This document shows, piece after piece, positions 1 to 8,807 of a DNA stretch of 49,561 nt (positions within the stretch are counted from its first letter, which is position 1; every line of letters starts with the position of its first letter). Under the pieces are notes generated by a model that was not told the origin of the DNA, made no database searches, and saw nothing but the letters and a program-made list of their open reading frames with translations. Source of the stretch: a virus; the IMG/VR virus record IMGVR_UViG_3300045988_174153; one strand, written 5' to 3'. A program made the translations under genes and the position numbers.

Positions 1-55
1 CGAGCTCGGAGTTGATGAAGTTCTGGAAGTAGGGCAGGCCGTACTTCGCGGTCAT
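1..55. repeat. 55-bp end overlap identical to 49507..49561 (circular contig closure)
   Basis: Direct comparison: cgagctcggagttgatgaagttctggaagtagggcaggccgtacttcgcggtcat occurs at both ends. Confidence 0.95.
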
Positions 56-823
56 ATCGAACAGGGCGCGGGCGTTGTCCGACTCCCAGTCGAAGTCCTT
101 CGTCATGTTGTAGGTCGGGATCGGGAAGGTGAAGACGCGGCCATCGGCGTCGCCTTCCATCATGACCTCGATGTAGGCGCGGTTGATCGTGTCCATCTCG
201 GCCTGGAGGTCCCCGTACGTGAAGTCGCAGACCTCCTCGCCGATGTAGGGGTGGTCGTCGGCCACGTCGGCCGGGCACGTCCAGTCGAAGGTGAGGTTGG
301 TGAAAGGGCACTGGCTTCCCCACCGCGACGGCACGTTGAGGTTGAAGATGAGCTCTTGGACGCACTGCTTGACGTCGTCGAAGGAGAGGTCGTCGAGCCG
401 GATGAACGGCGCCATGTACGTGTCGAAGGACGAGAAGGCCTGGGCCCCCGCCCACTCGTTCTGCAGCGTGCCGAGGAAGTTGACGATCTGGCCGCAGGCC
501 GACCTGAAGTGACGCGGCGGATCAGAGGCGATGGCCCCGGCGATGCCGTTGAAGCCTTCCTCCAAGAGCCTCCTAAGAGACCAGCCCGCACAATAGCCCG
601 CGAGCATGTCGAGGTCGTGGATATGGTAGTCGCCGTTTCTGTGTGCGGCTCCTTCTTCTTCGCTGTACACCTTCGACAGCCAATAGTTCGCGATCGTCTT
701 GCCGGCGGCGTTGAGAATGAGGCCGCCGACGGAGTAGCCCTGGTTCGCGTTCGCGTTGACGCGCCAATCCGCCTGCTCCACGTACTCCTCCACAGTGGAG
801 ATCGGGTCGATGTTAACAGTCAA
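1..823 (-). CDS. nrdD: Anaerobic (class III) ribonucleotide reductase NrdD, N-terminal part; the gene crosses the circular junction and continues at 49561
   Basis: Hand translation of the minus strand from TTG 823-821 (GAAAGGA 7 nt upstream) gives LTVNIDPISTVEEYVEQADWRVNANANQGYSVGG..HRNGDYHIHDLDMLAGYC..FTFPIPTYNMTKDFDWES..FDMTAKYGLPYF. It is in frame with ORF 48539..49561. It is missing from the ORF track because there is no stop before the left edge. Confidence 0.85.
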   Translation of the reverse strand, partial: MTVNIDPISTVEEYVEQADWRVNANANQGYSVGGLILNAAGKTIANYWLSKVYSEEEGAAHRNGDYHIHDLDMLAGYCAGWSLRRLLEEGFNGIAGAIASDPPRHFRSACGQIVNFLGTLQNEWAGAQAFSSFDTYMAPFIRLDDLSFDDVKQCVQELIFNLNVPSRWGSQCPFTNLTFDWTCPADVADDHPYIGEEVCDFTYGDLQAEMDTINRAYIEVMMEGDADGRVFTFPIPTYNMTKDFDWESDNARALFDMTAKYGLPYFQNFINSEL

Positions 824-853
824 AATCTCGTCCTTTCTACGATGGGTCTTCGA

Positions 854-2275
854 TTATACAGCCACGGGGGCCTTGATGGCGGGGTGGTGTTTGTACCCGG
901 CCGATGCGTAAATGTCGCTCATCTGATAGTCGAATATCGAGGGTGCCTTCTTGAGGCTGAGCTCGGGGAACGGGTAGGGGTTGCGCCCGAGTTGTTCTCG
1001 CACAGCTACCACGTGGTTCTTATATAAGTGGCAGTCGCCTCCCGTCCAGATGAACTCGCCTACGTCGTAGCCTGTTTGCTGTGCGATCATGTGCGTCAAC
1101 AGTGCGTAGGAGGCGATATTCGTAGGTAACCCAAGGAATAAATCAGCGCTTCTCTGGTACATAGAACAAGATAGACGTCCATCGTTGACATAAAACTGAA
1201 TAACGACGCCATGACACGGCGGCAGTGCTTGGAATGGTATAGCAGCGGGGGACCACAAGGTGATCACATGCCGTCGGGAGTCCGGATCATGCTTCAACGA
1301 CGCCACCACATAAGCCAGCTGGTCAACTTGGTTATACCGTAATACCATTCCGGGAGGTGCCTCCATAAACCTGAAGCCACTCCAGCCATGGTGCGTCTTC
1401 AGTTTGCCGTGCACGCAACGATGAATAGCCGAAATGTTCAGTCCTTCTTGCCTTTCAAAGGAACCGAGGGATGTTCTCATTATTTCTTCGCCACCTGGAG
1501 ACACAGCCATCACAGGGTTGGAAGTAGACATGTTGGCTTGATGTACGTCACGGCTCGTCCACATGCACGTATCAGCTCCATAGCGGTTAGACGCATGCAA
1601 CACGTCTTTATCCAGCGAGAAATCGTCGGGATACTCCTTTTTCATAACCCAATTCGGGATCCCCTTAACCTCCCGTTGGAAACAGGCGAAGGAATGCCAA
1701 CTATCCTCTACGTGTATACCTTTAGCACCATAGTGCTTATACATCTTGCACTTTTTGTTGTAACAACGCCGGATCATCTGTCTCCAAATGCCGACGAGCA
1801 TGTTATAGTCTGGGTCATTAAAATCAGCATCCCCATAATAACCCACGCCGTATACGCTACGTATATTCACGTCCTTTCCCCGATGCAAAACACCCGACAG
1901 TGGAACAGGTTTAATGGGCGGCGCGCTGAAAATCCAAGGTTTAACAGCACTCGTGTACGCTACCATTCTCATCTGACGCCCATACACAGGGCCAAGTTCC
2001 CCGTCGCGATCTGCCCACGGCTCCCACCAATTAGCGCCCAATTCCCGTAACCTGGGTTCGGACGTGGACCCCTCAATCTGCCAAAGAAGCTCAGCCTTCA
2101 CAGATTTCATGGGCACGAACTTCGTCGTGATACGCGGGAAACCGTTGTTCAGATCATAGCGGAGCTGCCGTCCGAAAACGGACAGCGTCCCCACCCCTGT
2201 GCGATCCTTCTTCTCCACACCGTTCTTCAGCACGTCGGCGAGAAGATCTTCATACTGCCTGTCAATCGTATTCAT
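854..2275 (-). CDS. thyA: Thymidylate synthase ThyA carrying an in-frame insertion of about 200 aa
   Basis: Conserved ThyA blocks: MNTIDRQYEDLL..DRTGVGTLSVFG..GPVYGRQMR, then the insertion, then DQL..LKHDPDSRRHVITLW..PPCHGVVIQFYV..YQRSADLFLGLPTNIASYALLTHMIA..GGDCHLYKNH..HPAIKAPVAV. The ATG at 2275 overlaps the nrdH stop (TGATG). The first 87 codons of the track ORF are upstream read-through. Confidence 0.9.
   Translation of the reverse strand: MNTIDRQYEDLLADVLKNGVEKKDRTGVGTLSVFGRQLRYDLNNGFPRITTKFVPMKSVKAELLWQIEGSTSEPRLRELGANWWEPWADRDGELGPVYGRQMRMVAYTSAVKPWIFSAPPIKPVPLSGVLHRGKDVNIRSVYGVGYYGDADFNDPDYNMLVGIWRQMIRRCYNKKCKMYKHYGAKGIHVEDSWHSFACFQREVKGIPNWVMKKEYPDDFSLDKDVLHASNRYGADTCMWTSRDVHQANMSTSNPVMAVSPGGEEIMRTSLGSFERQEGLNISAIHRCVHGKLKTHHGWSGFRFMEAPPGMVLRYNQVDQLAYVVASLKHDPDSRRHVITLWSPAAIPFQALPPCHGVVIQFYVNDGRLSCSMYQRSADLFLGLPTNIASYALLTHMIAQQTGYDVGEFIWTGGDCHLYKNHVVAVREQLGRNPYPFPELSLKKAPSIFDYQMSDIYASAGYKHHPAIKAPVAV
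1340..1966 (-). mobile_element. In-frame insertion inside thyA with homing-endonuclease-like DNA-binding motifs (boundaries approximate)
   Basis: The segment MVAYTSAVKPW...GWSGFRF(MEAPPGMVLR) has no counterpart in canonical ThyA. It contains WRQMIRRCYNKKCKMYKHYGAKGIHVEDSWHSFACF and a NUMOD/IENR-like ISAIHRCVHGKLKTHHGWSGFRF. It looks lower in GC by eye than the flanks. There is no stop across about 630 nt. Confidence 0.45.
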
Positions 2276-2499
2276 CAAACGAACTTCCTGACCATATCGG
2301 GGCGGAATCCGCTCCAATGCGTCTGGCCGATCACCACAACCGGAGCTTGCTTGTAACCGAGACCCAACACGAACGACAGAGCATCGTGATCCTCTGTAAT
2401 ATCGACCTCGTCGAAGGGGATACCCTTCTTCGTCAGATCTTTCTTCGTCATCTTGCACTGGACACAGCCAGGCTTCGTATACAGTGTTGCTTTCATCAT
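2275..2499 (-). CDS. nrdH: NrdH-like glutaredoxin-like redoxin
   Basis: 74 aa with a CVQC redox motif and a WSGFRPD C-terminal motif typical of NrdH. SD AAAGGAG lies 6 nt upstream of the ATG at 2499. Confidence 0.85.
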   Translation of the reverse strand: MMKATLYTKPGCVQCKMTKKDLTKKGIPFDEVDITEDHDALSFVLGLGYKQAPVVVIGQTHWSGFRPDMVRKFV

Positions 2500-2514
2500 A
2501 CGTTTCTCCTTTCG

Positions 2515-4602
2515 TCAGTGGGAGGCGTGCTCCCAATCATCTGCCGGCTGCCCGTGTGCGGCGGTGAACTTGACTCCGTTCCACGTCGTGGACATCAGCT
2601 CGGCGATTTTCGGCACCGCCCAGTCTAGCTCTGATTCGGGTATTGAGAAAATCAGCTCGTCGTGGATTTGCGCGCGAAGCCAGTGAATGAGACGAAGGTC
2701 ACAGTTCAACATGCGGATGAGCGCATCCGTCATGATCTCCCTCGTCCCCGACTGACCCATGAGCGCCGATGACTGGGTGTACGACCGCTCGACGTTGACA
2801 CTCATGCGCCGGCCCCACGCGTTGTAGATGTAGCCGCTCTCACCCTGATCCGCACAGTCCTGACGCCATCGCACAACCAAGGGGTAGGCCTCCGCCATCT
2901 TCTCGACGAAGTGCTCCGCCACGTCGAGCGGTTGACCCGACGCCTTGGAGATCGTCTTCGCCCCGCCGCCGTAGTTCCAAGCGTGAGAGAGCGCCTTGGC
3001 CTTCTGCCGGTAAGGGTTGCGCTTGCGCGCCTCTCCGTCTGTCTCCCAGCCGTCTGGCATGTGCGCCTCGTACTCCTCGTCGCCCCAGACGGCGCGGCCC
3101 GTGATCTCGTGCGGGTCGGCTCCGGGCAGGAAGTTTTTCAGGTACGCGGGGTCCTGTGCGTAGCCGGCGACGATCCTCGCATCCGCATTCGAGTAGTCGA
3201 ACGACACCAGCTTGCAGCCGGGATCCGGGATGAAATAGGACTTCTCCACGGCGTTGTCGCCGCGAGCCGTCCACACGGTCAGGCCGGGCTTCGTCGTCGA
3301 TGAGCGCCCGGACCGCTGAAGATCGTCAACCTCGGGGTGCACACGGCCGTCAGGTTGCAGACAATCGATTGTGAGCTGCGCAAGTGAGCGCTGGCCCAGT
3401 AGTTCACCCAAGACCTTTCCGAAGGCCTCAGCGTGGCTTCCATGGCCCCTGAGGAGGTCCTGTACGACGCTGCCGGACAGCTGCAAAGCGCCCGTAGGTG
3501 TGCGGGGCCACTCGGGGTGCGTGAATTCATCCACGCCGAACGCAGCCAGGGCATCGAGGACGCACTGCTTGCCTTTAGTTGTCCGCCACGGCTGCTTCGA
3601 ATCGAGTGGCATGCCCACCGACCTGTGCAGGTAGTCGAGCAGCTTCTCCTTCCTGTCCGCCAACTCGTAGAGTCTGTCGTATGCCTTGTCGGCGTCGATG
3701 AGGAAGCCGTTCCTCGACATCTGCGCGTTGATGGCAGCCTTCAGCTGCTCGCGCCAATCATACTCGTCGACCTCATGACGAAGTAGGAGCTCCTTGAAAA
3801 TACCCCTGAGCACCACTACGTCCTGTTCGGAATACTCGCGGAACGTTGGGTCGTCGAGCGGAATCAGTCCGAAGTTGAGATCGGCGACCTTCGTCCCCGG
3901 GGGGTTGAACCGCTTGGCGAGGTCTTTCAGATCCATGACCTTGCCTTCCAGACCCAGGTGGTGTGCGAGGTTGTCGAGGGACAGCCATCTGCGCACATTC
4001 GAGGGGCTGAGGTCGGTAACGACGCGGCGCCCCGCCCTGTCCAGGTAGACGGACGGGGCGGGATAGGCGATATTGGCCAGCACCATGGTGTCGATGACCT
4101 TGCGACCCATCGTCATCCGTAGCGGTTCGTCACTATCCTTACCGAACAGCACAGACAGGTCGAAGTTGTGACCGTTGTGGATCACCACACCATCGGCCCC
4201 CCGAATAGCATCCAGGACCTCGTCGTAGTCCTCCGTCAAAACGACGGGGCCTTCGCCCCACGCATATTGACCAAGGCGGAAGAACCCACGCGGCGACATG
4301 GACCAGCGCTTCTCGACGCCATGGGACTCGATGTCGAGGAAGAGGATCTTCGACCATTCTCCGCCGAACGGCGACGACCACGCGCCGTTGTCCAGTAGAT
4401 AGCGTCGCACAACACCGGCGAACCACTGGGCTTCCGTGTCGATTCCGCAGTCGTCCCACGGTTCGAGGTCAAAGACAGCGGCGCCTTCCTCGGTGTCGGA
4501 CCACTCGTAGTCGAGGGGTCCGAGCTCCGGATTGGCGGCTACGGCCACCTCCTTGAACATCTCGATGTCGCCGGAGGCCAGATAGAATCGCACAGTTCTC
4601 AC
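2515..4602 (-). CDS. polA: Family A DNA polymerase (PolI-like) with 3'-5' exonuclease domain
   Basis: Exo motifs FLDIESHG, HNGHNFDL and YSEQDVVVL. Polymerase motif A is FDYSNADARIVA, motif B is RQKAKALSHAWNYGGG, motif C is QIHDELIF. The start is uncertain: GTG 4602 (GTGA overlap with the upstream stop), GTG 4593, ATG 4560, or TTG 4629 for the longest ORF. Confidence 0.9.
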   Translation of the reverse strand: MRTVRFYLASGDIEMFKEVAVAANPELGPLDYEWSDTEEGAAVFDLEPWDDCGIDTEAQWFAGVVRRYLLDNGAWSSPFGGEWSKILFLDIESHGVEKRWSMSPRGFFRLGQYAWGEGPVVLTEDYDEVLDAIRGADGVVIHNGHNFDLSVLFGKDSDEPLRMTMGRKVIDTMVLANIAYPAPSVYLDRAGRRVVTDLSPSNVRRWLSLDNLAHHLGLEGKVMDLKDLAKRFNPPGTKVADLNFGLIPLDDPTFREYSEQDVVVLRGIFKELLLRHEVDEYDWREQLKAAINAQMSRNGFLIDADKAYDRLYELADRKEKLLDYLHRSVGMPLDSKQPWRTTKGKQCVLDALAAFGVDEFTHPEWPRTPTGALQLSGSVVQDLLRGHGSHAEAFGKVLGELLGQRSLAQLTIDCLQPDGRVHPEVDDLQRSGRSSTTKPGLTVWTARGDNAVEKSYFIPDPGCKLVSFDYSNADARIVAGYAQDPAYLKNFLPGADPHEITGRAVWGDEEYEAHMPDGWETDGEARKRNPYRQKAKALSHAWNYGGGAKTISKASGQPLDVAEHFVEKMAEAYPLVVRWRQDCADQGESGYIYNAWGRRMSVNVERSYTQSSALMGQSGTREIMTDALIRMLNCDLRLIHWLRAQIHDELIFSIPESELDWAVPKIAELMSTTWNGVKFTAAHGQPADDWEHASH

Positions 4603-6995
4603 TCGTCCACCACCATCGTGTAGAACCAACCCTTGGATTTCTTGCTTTTACCCTTGCCCCGAATGTATTCGAGCTCGACCGGACCGGAGATGAGACCCCT
4701 GCCTCGCAGCGAAGAGATGATGTTCTTGTACGTCCACTCGTCCAATTCGGGGAACTTGTCACGGACCTTCGTGCACAGAATGGCGTGATTAGCCTTGTCG
4801 CAATGTGTGCGGATGAACGTCATGACCGATTCCTGCTGTTTGACGTAGTGGCTAGCCGTCACGTCGTTGAGCGCCTTGAGAAGACACCGAACCCAATGGT
4901 TGGCGTAGTAGATAGCGTTCAGCATGTGCGTCTTGGTGATCACGCCGTCCTCTCTGTCCATGAGGCTGAATAGCCCGGCGACCTGGGGAACGGTGATGCA
5001 CAACCTGCGGAACGCCGACTCGAAGATCGACGACTTGTCCTCGACGATGTCGAAACGCTGCACGTTGAGACACCATGTCTCATAGCGGTCGAGCGCCTCA
5101 TCGTCCACGTCGAGCAGAATGCGGTTCACGTCAAGATCCCGTTCCTGAAGTCGCTGCTCCACATCGGTCACGTCGTCGGTCTTGTAGCACACACGGCACA
5201 GTTGATTAACACGACTAGCCAACGTGTGCGCGAGCTTCTGCGCTTTCCTGTCCCGATCTTTGCTGTTGCCGAACTTTCGACGGCTATTGAACATGGCAGC
5301 GATCTTCGGCTTGTCATCGCTTTTACTCTCGTTGTCTTCTTCGAGGTACGTCACCCATGTGAATCGCGTGAGGAACCCGTTCTTGAAGTTGCGCATTTCG
5401 AGGATATCGATCGACTCGTCGTAGATACCCGTGAGGATGACGTTGAGGTGTGCGTTGGCACGATCTACACCTTCAGTCGTGATACGACGCGTCATCTCGA
5501 CTTCGCCGCTGAACAGCTTGCACAAACCCGCATCGAAACCGTTCCACGACCCGCGGTTGTCCATGATGTCCCGGAACTTGTCTTGAATCTCGTCGAGCGC
5601 CATATACGTAGGCGTGTTGTGGAAGGGAGCGATGTCGCGTTTCATGGCTTGGATAGTGGAGTCGCTCGCCACTTTGATGCTATTGGTACGCCCTATCAGG
5701 GCACCGCACCGGTCGATGACCGTCTGAGCCCCGTTGACGGCCGTGGTCTTGTGCGCAGTACCGGAGGGGCCGAGGATGAGCGGCCAGAAGCGAAGCCCCT
5801 GCTCATCGTCCCCTGTCGTGTTGATCGACCCAAAGGCGCCGATCGTCGTAGCCATCGTCACAATGCCCAGCGCGGCGTGATATGCGTCTGCAGTGTCCGT
5901 CACTGTGCGACCGTAATCGATGTAGTCTTTGATGAACGTCGGGTTGTCATCGCTCTCGACGAAGGCCACCTCGTCGTCTGTGAGAAGCTGTATCTCGCCC
6001 GTCTGATATTCGCGAATAGCGTTTGCGAAGCTCTCATCTCCGAGGGCGATCCCGTTCTCATCAAGGTGCGTGAAGCTGTCCTTGTACTCCTTACTGAACT
6101 TCTCGACCTCTTTCCACGTGCACTGCTCCCAGTTGTCGCGCTTCGGGATCGCGTGGCCTTCTTTGGTTTTCCGGCCGGCGTAGATGGGGTTGTACTTGTT
6201 GCAGTGTGCGCGGAGCATCAGCTGATACACTTCGTTGTCGGTAAACGTAGACCGGAAGAGCTCCATCTGAAATTTCTTGGCCGTCTGGGACCAACTCTGA
6301 CGCCCGTCCTCTATCTCGTCGAGATACATAGACCGTAGTGACTGCGTCTTAAGTTTGTCCTCGATGACTCGAAGCTGCTCGTCATCGCACATTGGAGGTG
6401 CTTCTCCGACCTTCTTAGCCTCTTCAAGGCGCACAACGGGGTAGGCCGCCTTGATCTCGTCCAGTGTGTAGACGGCGCCGGTGTTCTCCACCACACGCAC
6501 GGGGTAGTCGGCGCCATACTTCGTGTTGACGGAGCCCGGCACGCGGAGCAGCTTGGACGCCTGCCATCCGGAGTCGCACCCCTTGTCGCGATGCTTCTGG
6601 TAGATAGACCTCGCTACCTCGGAGCACTCGGACAGCGAGTGTGCCTTATCGAGTACCCACCAACAATGCGTGCGGTTCCTCGATGTGCGCACAACCAAAG
6701 TCGGCTCGACCTCGAACTCGCTCGGCGGGCAGGTGTCCGCCTCAGCCCATACGACACCGCACATGGCCCCCTCGTCGTCGCCCGAACGGCTCTTACCCGT
6801 GAACACGCCGACCGAGCAGTAGGTGTTCTCATCTTCACGAATGGACAGGTAGCGCTGTGCGAGGTCGCGCTTGGCCGGCCAGGCGATGAACTTGCTTTTG
6901 ACAGTCTCTTCCTCGTCGAGGGGATCCATCGTCACAATGTTGATGTAACCCTCGATGTCTTTGTATATCACGTCCAGGAATTCTATTGCTTCCAT
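4599..6995 (-). CDS. Primase-polymerase (AEP-type) fused to a P-loop helicase-like domain (DUF3987-like)
   Basis: N-terminal part has VWAEAD, TSRNRTHCWWVL and LLRVPGSVNTKYG (AEP prim-pol-like). Central part has Walker A-like GPSGTAHKT and Walker B-like YMALDEIQ. Strong SD GAAAGGAAGAG precedes the ATG at 6995. Confidence 0.7.
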   Translation of the reverse strand: MEAIEFLDVIYKDIEGYINIVTMDPLDEEETVKSKFIAWPAKRDLAQRYLSIREDENTYCSVGVFTGKSRSGDDEGAMCGVVWAEADTCPPSEFEVEPTLVVRTSRNRTHCWWVLDKAHSLSECSEVARSIYQKHRDKGCDSGWQASKLLRVPGSVNTKYGADYPVRVVENTGAVYTLDEIKAAYPVVRLEEAKKVGEAPPMCDDEQLRVIEDKLKTQSLRSMYLDEIEDGRQSWSQTAKKFQMELFRSTFTDNEVYQLMLRAHCNKYNPIYAGRKTKEGHAIPKRDNWEQCTWKEVEKFSKEYKDSFTHLDENGIALGDESFANAIREYQTGEIQLLTDDEVAFVESDDNPTFIKDYIDYGRTVTDTADAYHAALGIVTMATTIGAFGSINTTGDDEQGLRFWPLILGPSGTAHKTTAVNGAQTVIDRCGALIGRTNSIKVASDSTIQAMKRDIAPFHNTPTYMALDEIQDKFRDIMDNRGSWNGFDAGLCKLFSGEVEMTRRITTEGVDRANAHLNVILTGIYDESIDILEMRNFKNGFLTRFTWVTYLEEDNESKSDDKPKIAAMFNSRRKFGNSKDRDRKAQKLAHTLASRVNQLCRVCYKTDDVTDVEQRLQERDLDVNRILLDVDDEALDRYETWCLNVQRFDIVEDKSSIFESAFRRLCITVPQVAGLFSLMDREDGVITKTHMLNAIYYANHWVRCLLKALNDVTASHYVKQQESVMTFIRTHCDKANHAILCTKVRDKFPELDEWTYKNIISSLRGRGLISGPVELEYIRGKGKSKKSKGWFYTMVVDE

Positions 6996-7039
6996 TTTCT
7001 CTTCCTTTCTCTTCCGAGCCGGCGTTGTCTTATAGAGCA

Positions 7040-7064
7040 GGAACGGCCCCGTTGGGGCCGTTCC
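7040..7064 (-). terminator. GC-rich hairpin downstream of the 7078 gene
   Basis: GGAACGGCCCC gtt GGGGCCGTTCC, an 11-bp stem in the intergenic gap. Confidence 0.55.
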
Positions 7065-7077
7065 TTACTCCTTCCTC

Positions 7078-7677
7078 TTAACCGATGCTGAACTTCCTCG
7101 TCGTGCACCCGGACGGCTGAACCTTAGCCGTGGGTGCGTCCTGCACGACCTTGGGCTTCAGCGGCTCGCCGAGCTGCTCTAGCTCTCGCTTGCCATCGTC
7201 CACATAGTAGGACTCGACTGTGGCGTTGACGTAGCCCCTATCGTTGTGGCGGTTACCGATTTTGACGAGAACCGTCTGGTCGGGGTCGACCAGTTCGGTT
7301 TCGTCCTCGGGGATCAGGAAGCCCTCGTCGGGGTCGTAGGCGCCGACAGCCTCCCAGAAGTTCGGGAAGCTGTAGTTGAGCTTGCCGTTCTTCCAGTGCG
7401 GTTGAAGCGGGACGTTGAAGTCCTTGACGATGGCGCCGTCGTAGTCGTCGGTCGGGCCTTCGATGATCTTCAGGTCGACGATGAGGCGGGGCAGCCCGGC
7501 GTTGGCAGCAGACTTGTACTCGCCCTTCTCCACGTCGCAGATGATCGCTCGGTAAACCCCGGGCGCAGGAACCTTGACGGCCCCACCGCGACCCCCGAAG
7601 TGGCCGTCGGCTCCGAGAGCGGACTTGAGTTCCTTGTCGTCGAGTTTGAATGCCTTGTAAGCGGGTTTGCGTACCAT
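7078..7677 (-). CDS. DUF669-like protein (putative ssDNA-binding partner of the Sak4-like ATPase)
   Basis: ATG 7677 with SD GAGAGGAG. It lies directly downstream of an AAA_24-type ATPase, a pairing common in phages. The functional assignment is from synteny only. Confidence 0.5.
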   Translation of the reverse strand: MVRKPAYKAFKLDDKELKSALGADGHFGGRGGAVKVPAPGVYRAIICDVEKGEYKSAANAGLPRLIVDLKIIEGPTDDYDGAIVKDFNVPLQPHWKNGKLNYSFPNFWEAVGAYDPDEGFLIPEDETELVDPDQTVLVKIGNRHNDRGYVNATVESYYVDDGKRELEQLGEPLKPKVVQDAPTAKVQPSGCTTRKFSIG

Positions 7678-7691
7678 AATGTTCTCCTCTC

Positions 7692-8459
7692 TCAGTGGTT
7701 GTCGCAAAGCTTCCAGAGCTTTTCGATGGTCAGATCCTCCACGAAGGGAGGAAGGTTGAAGCGGTTCTTGGCCCCGATCGTCCGGGATGCGAACATCTGC
7801 GCTTCCGTGTGCGACTCGCCGGTTTTCCGGTCGGTGTCCAGTGACAAATGTACCACCACGTCGGGCGTCTGTCCAACCTTAGCCCGCGAACCGGATCCGC
7901 GCCAGGCGAAGTCGGCCACCCCGTTGTCGTCGGTCTTCTGGTGGACGACGAGAATGGACAGCACACCGGCGTCCTTCAGAAGCGGGAAGATCCCATTCGA
8001 GCCGGTGGTCTTCTTCGCCGCCTCCGTCCAGATGGCGAACTTGTTGGGGTTCTGCTTGGCCATCTCGACGGCTTCGAAGTGATCCGCACACCAGTCGTTA
8101 TACACGTTGAGCGGGTCGATGACGATCGTCTTGTACTCACGAGGCATCTCCCCTGTGAGGAAGGCCACAAGAATGCGGTCCGTGTTGTGGATCCACCCTT
8201 CTTCCTTAATCATGCCCTCCGGTATCGGCATGTTCTTAGGCCTGACGATGTCGATGTTCTCCGGCGGAACATCGCGTGTAACGCCTGTCGTGCTGCCTTC
8301 GAGATCGAGGTACAACACAGGCGAGGTCGGTGCGAATTTGGCCGCTGATGCGGCGAACGTCGTTTTCCCCTGACCGTAGTCGGAGTAGACGAGGATCTGC
8401 TCGGGTTTGCTGAGTTCGTCGGGTTTGATGATGAATGATTCGATGTCGAAATCTGTCAT
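7692..8459 (-). CDS. Sak4-like / AAA_24 RecA-fold ATPase
   Basis: Walker A YSDYGQGKTTFA and Walker B-like TIVIDPLN. About 255 aa, typical phage recombination ATPase size and context. Confidence 0.7.
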   Translation of the reverse strand: MTDFDIESFIIKPDELSKPEQILVYSDYGQGKTTFAASAAKFAPTSPVLYLDLEGSTTGVTRDVPPENIDIVRPKNMPIPEGMIKEEGWIHNTDRILVAFLTGEMPREYKTIVIDPLNVYNDWCADHFEAVEMAKQNPNKFAIWTEAAKKTTGSNGIFPLLKDAGVLSILVVHQKTDDNGVADFAWRGSGSRAKVGQTPDVVVHLSLDTDRKTGESHTEAQMFASRTIGAKNRFNLPPFVEDLTIEKLWKLCDNH

Positions 8460-8794
8460 TCGTCTTCTCCTTTCTCTTGACGTACGTAAAGCTGCTCTGT
8501 GCTCTTAAGGCACTGAAGATATTCCCCTGCCGAAGCCAGTGATTTCACTCTCTTCGGATCCAGCTTTTGAACATAGCAACGTCGAAGCGTATCTCCAGGT
8601 AGAGCCTTTTCAGCCTTCGATATATCGAAACGGTGAACCTCCCTTCGCGTAACTATGTATGGTCCTGCAACACCGGACTCTCCAACCTGCAGCCTTTGCT
8701 TGATAGCTGCAGCGAGTTCCTTCTTCCTCTCTTCGAGGCTGTCGATGAGCCCCGATATATAACCGTATTCGAGAATGTCGTCCTGTTCTTTCAT
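8456..8794 (-). CDS. Hypothetical protein
   Basis: 112-aa ORF whose stop overlaps the downstream ATG (ATGA). Composition looks coding. Confidence 0.7.
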   Translation of the reverse strand: MKEQDDILEYGYISGLIDSLEERKKELAAAIKQRLQVGESGVAGPYIVTRREVHRFDISKAEKALPGDTLRRCYVQKLDPKRVKSLASAGEYLQCLKSTEQLYVRQEKGEDE

Positions 8795-8807
8795 ACGATA
8801 ACACCGC

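Noticed and set aside
251-1027. Long plus-strand ORF (258 aa) and the minus-strand ORFs 160..591 and 573..767 at the left end
   Set aside because: They are off-frame or antisense shadows of the nrdD N-terminal coding region. Their composition is Arg/Ala/Pro-rich as expected in GC-rich DNA, and the true frame translates to conserved NrdD motifs.
1340-1966. The thyA insertion as a canonical intein or a group I intron (like the T4 td intron)
   Set aside because: There is no Cys/Ser at the N-junction and no His-Asn plus Cys/Ser/Thr at the C-junction. The reading frame is continuous through both junctions with no stop in about 630 nt, which an intron core would almost certainly contain. The site also differs from what I recall of the T4 td intron site.
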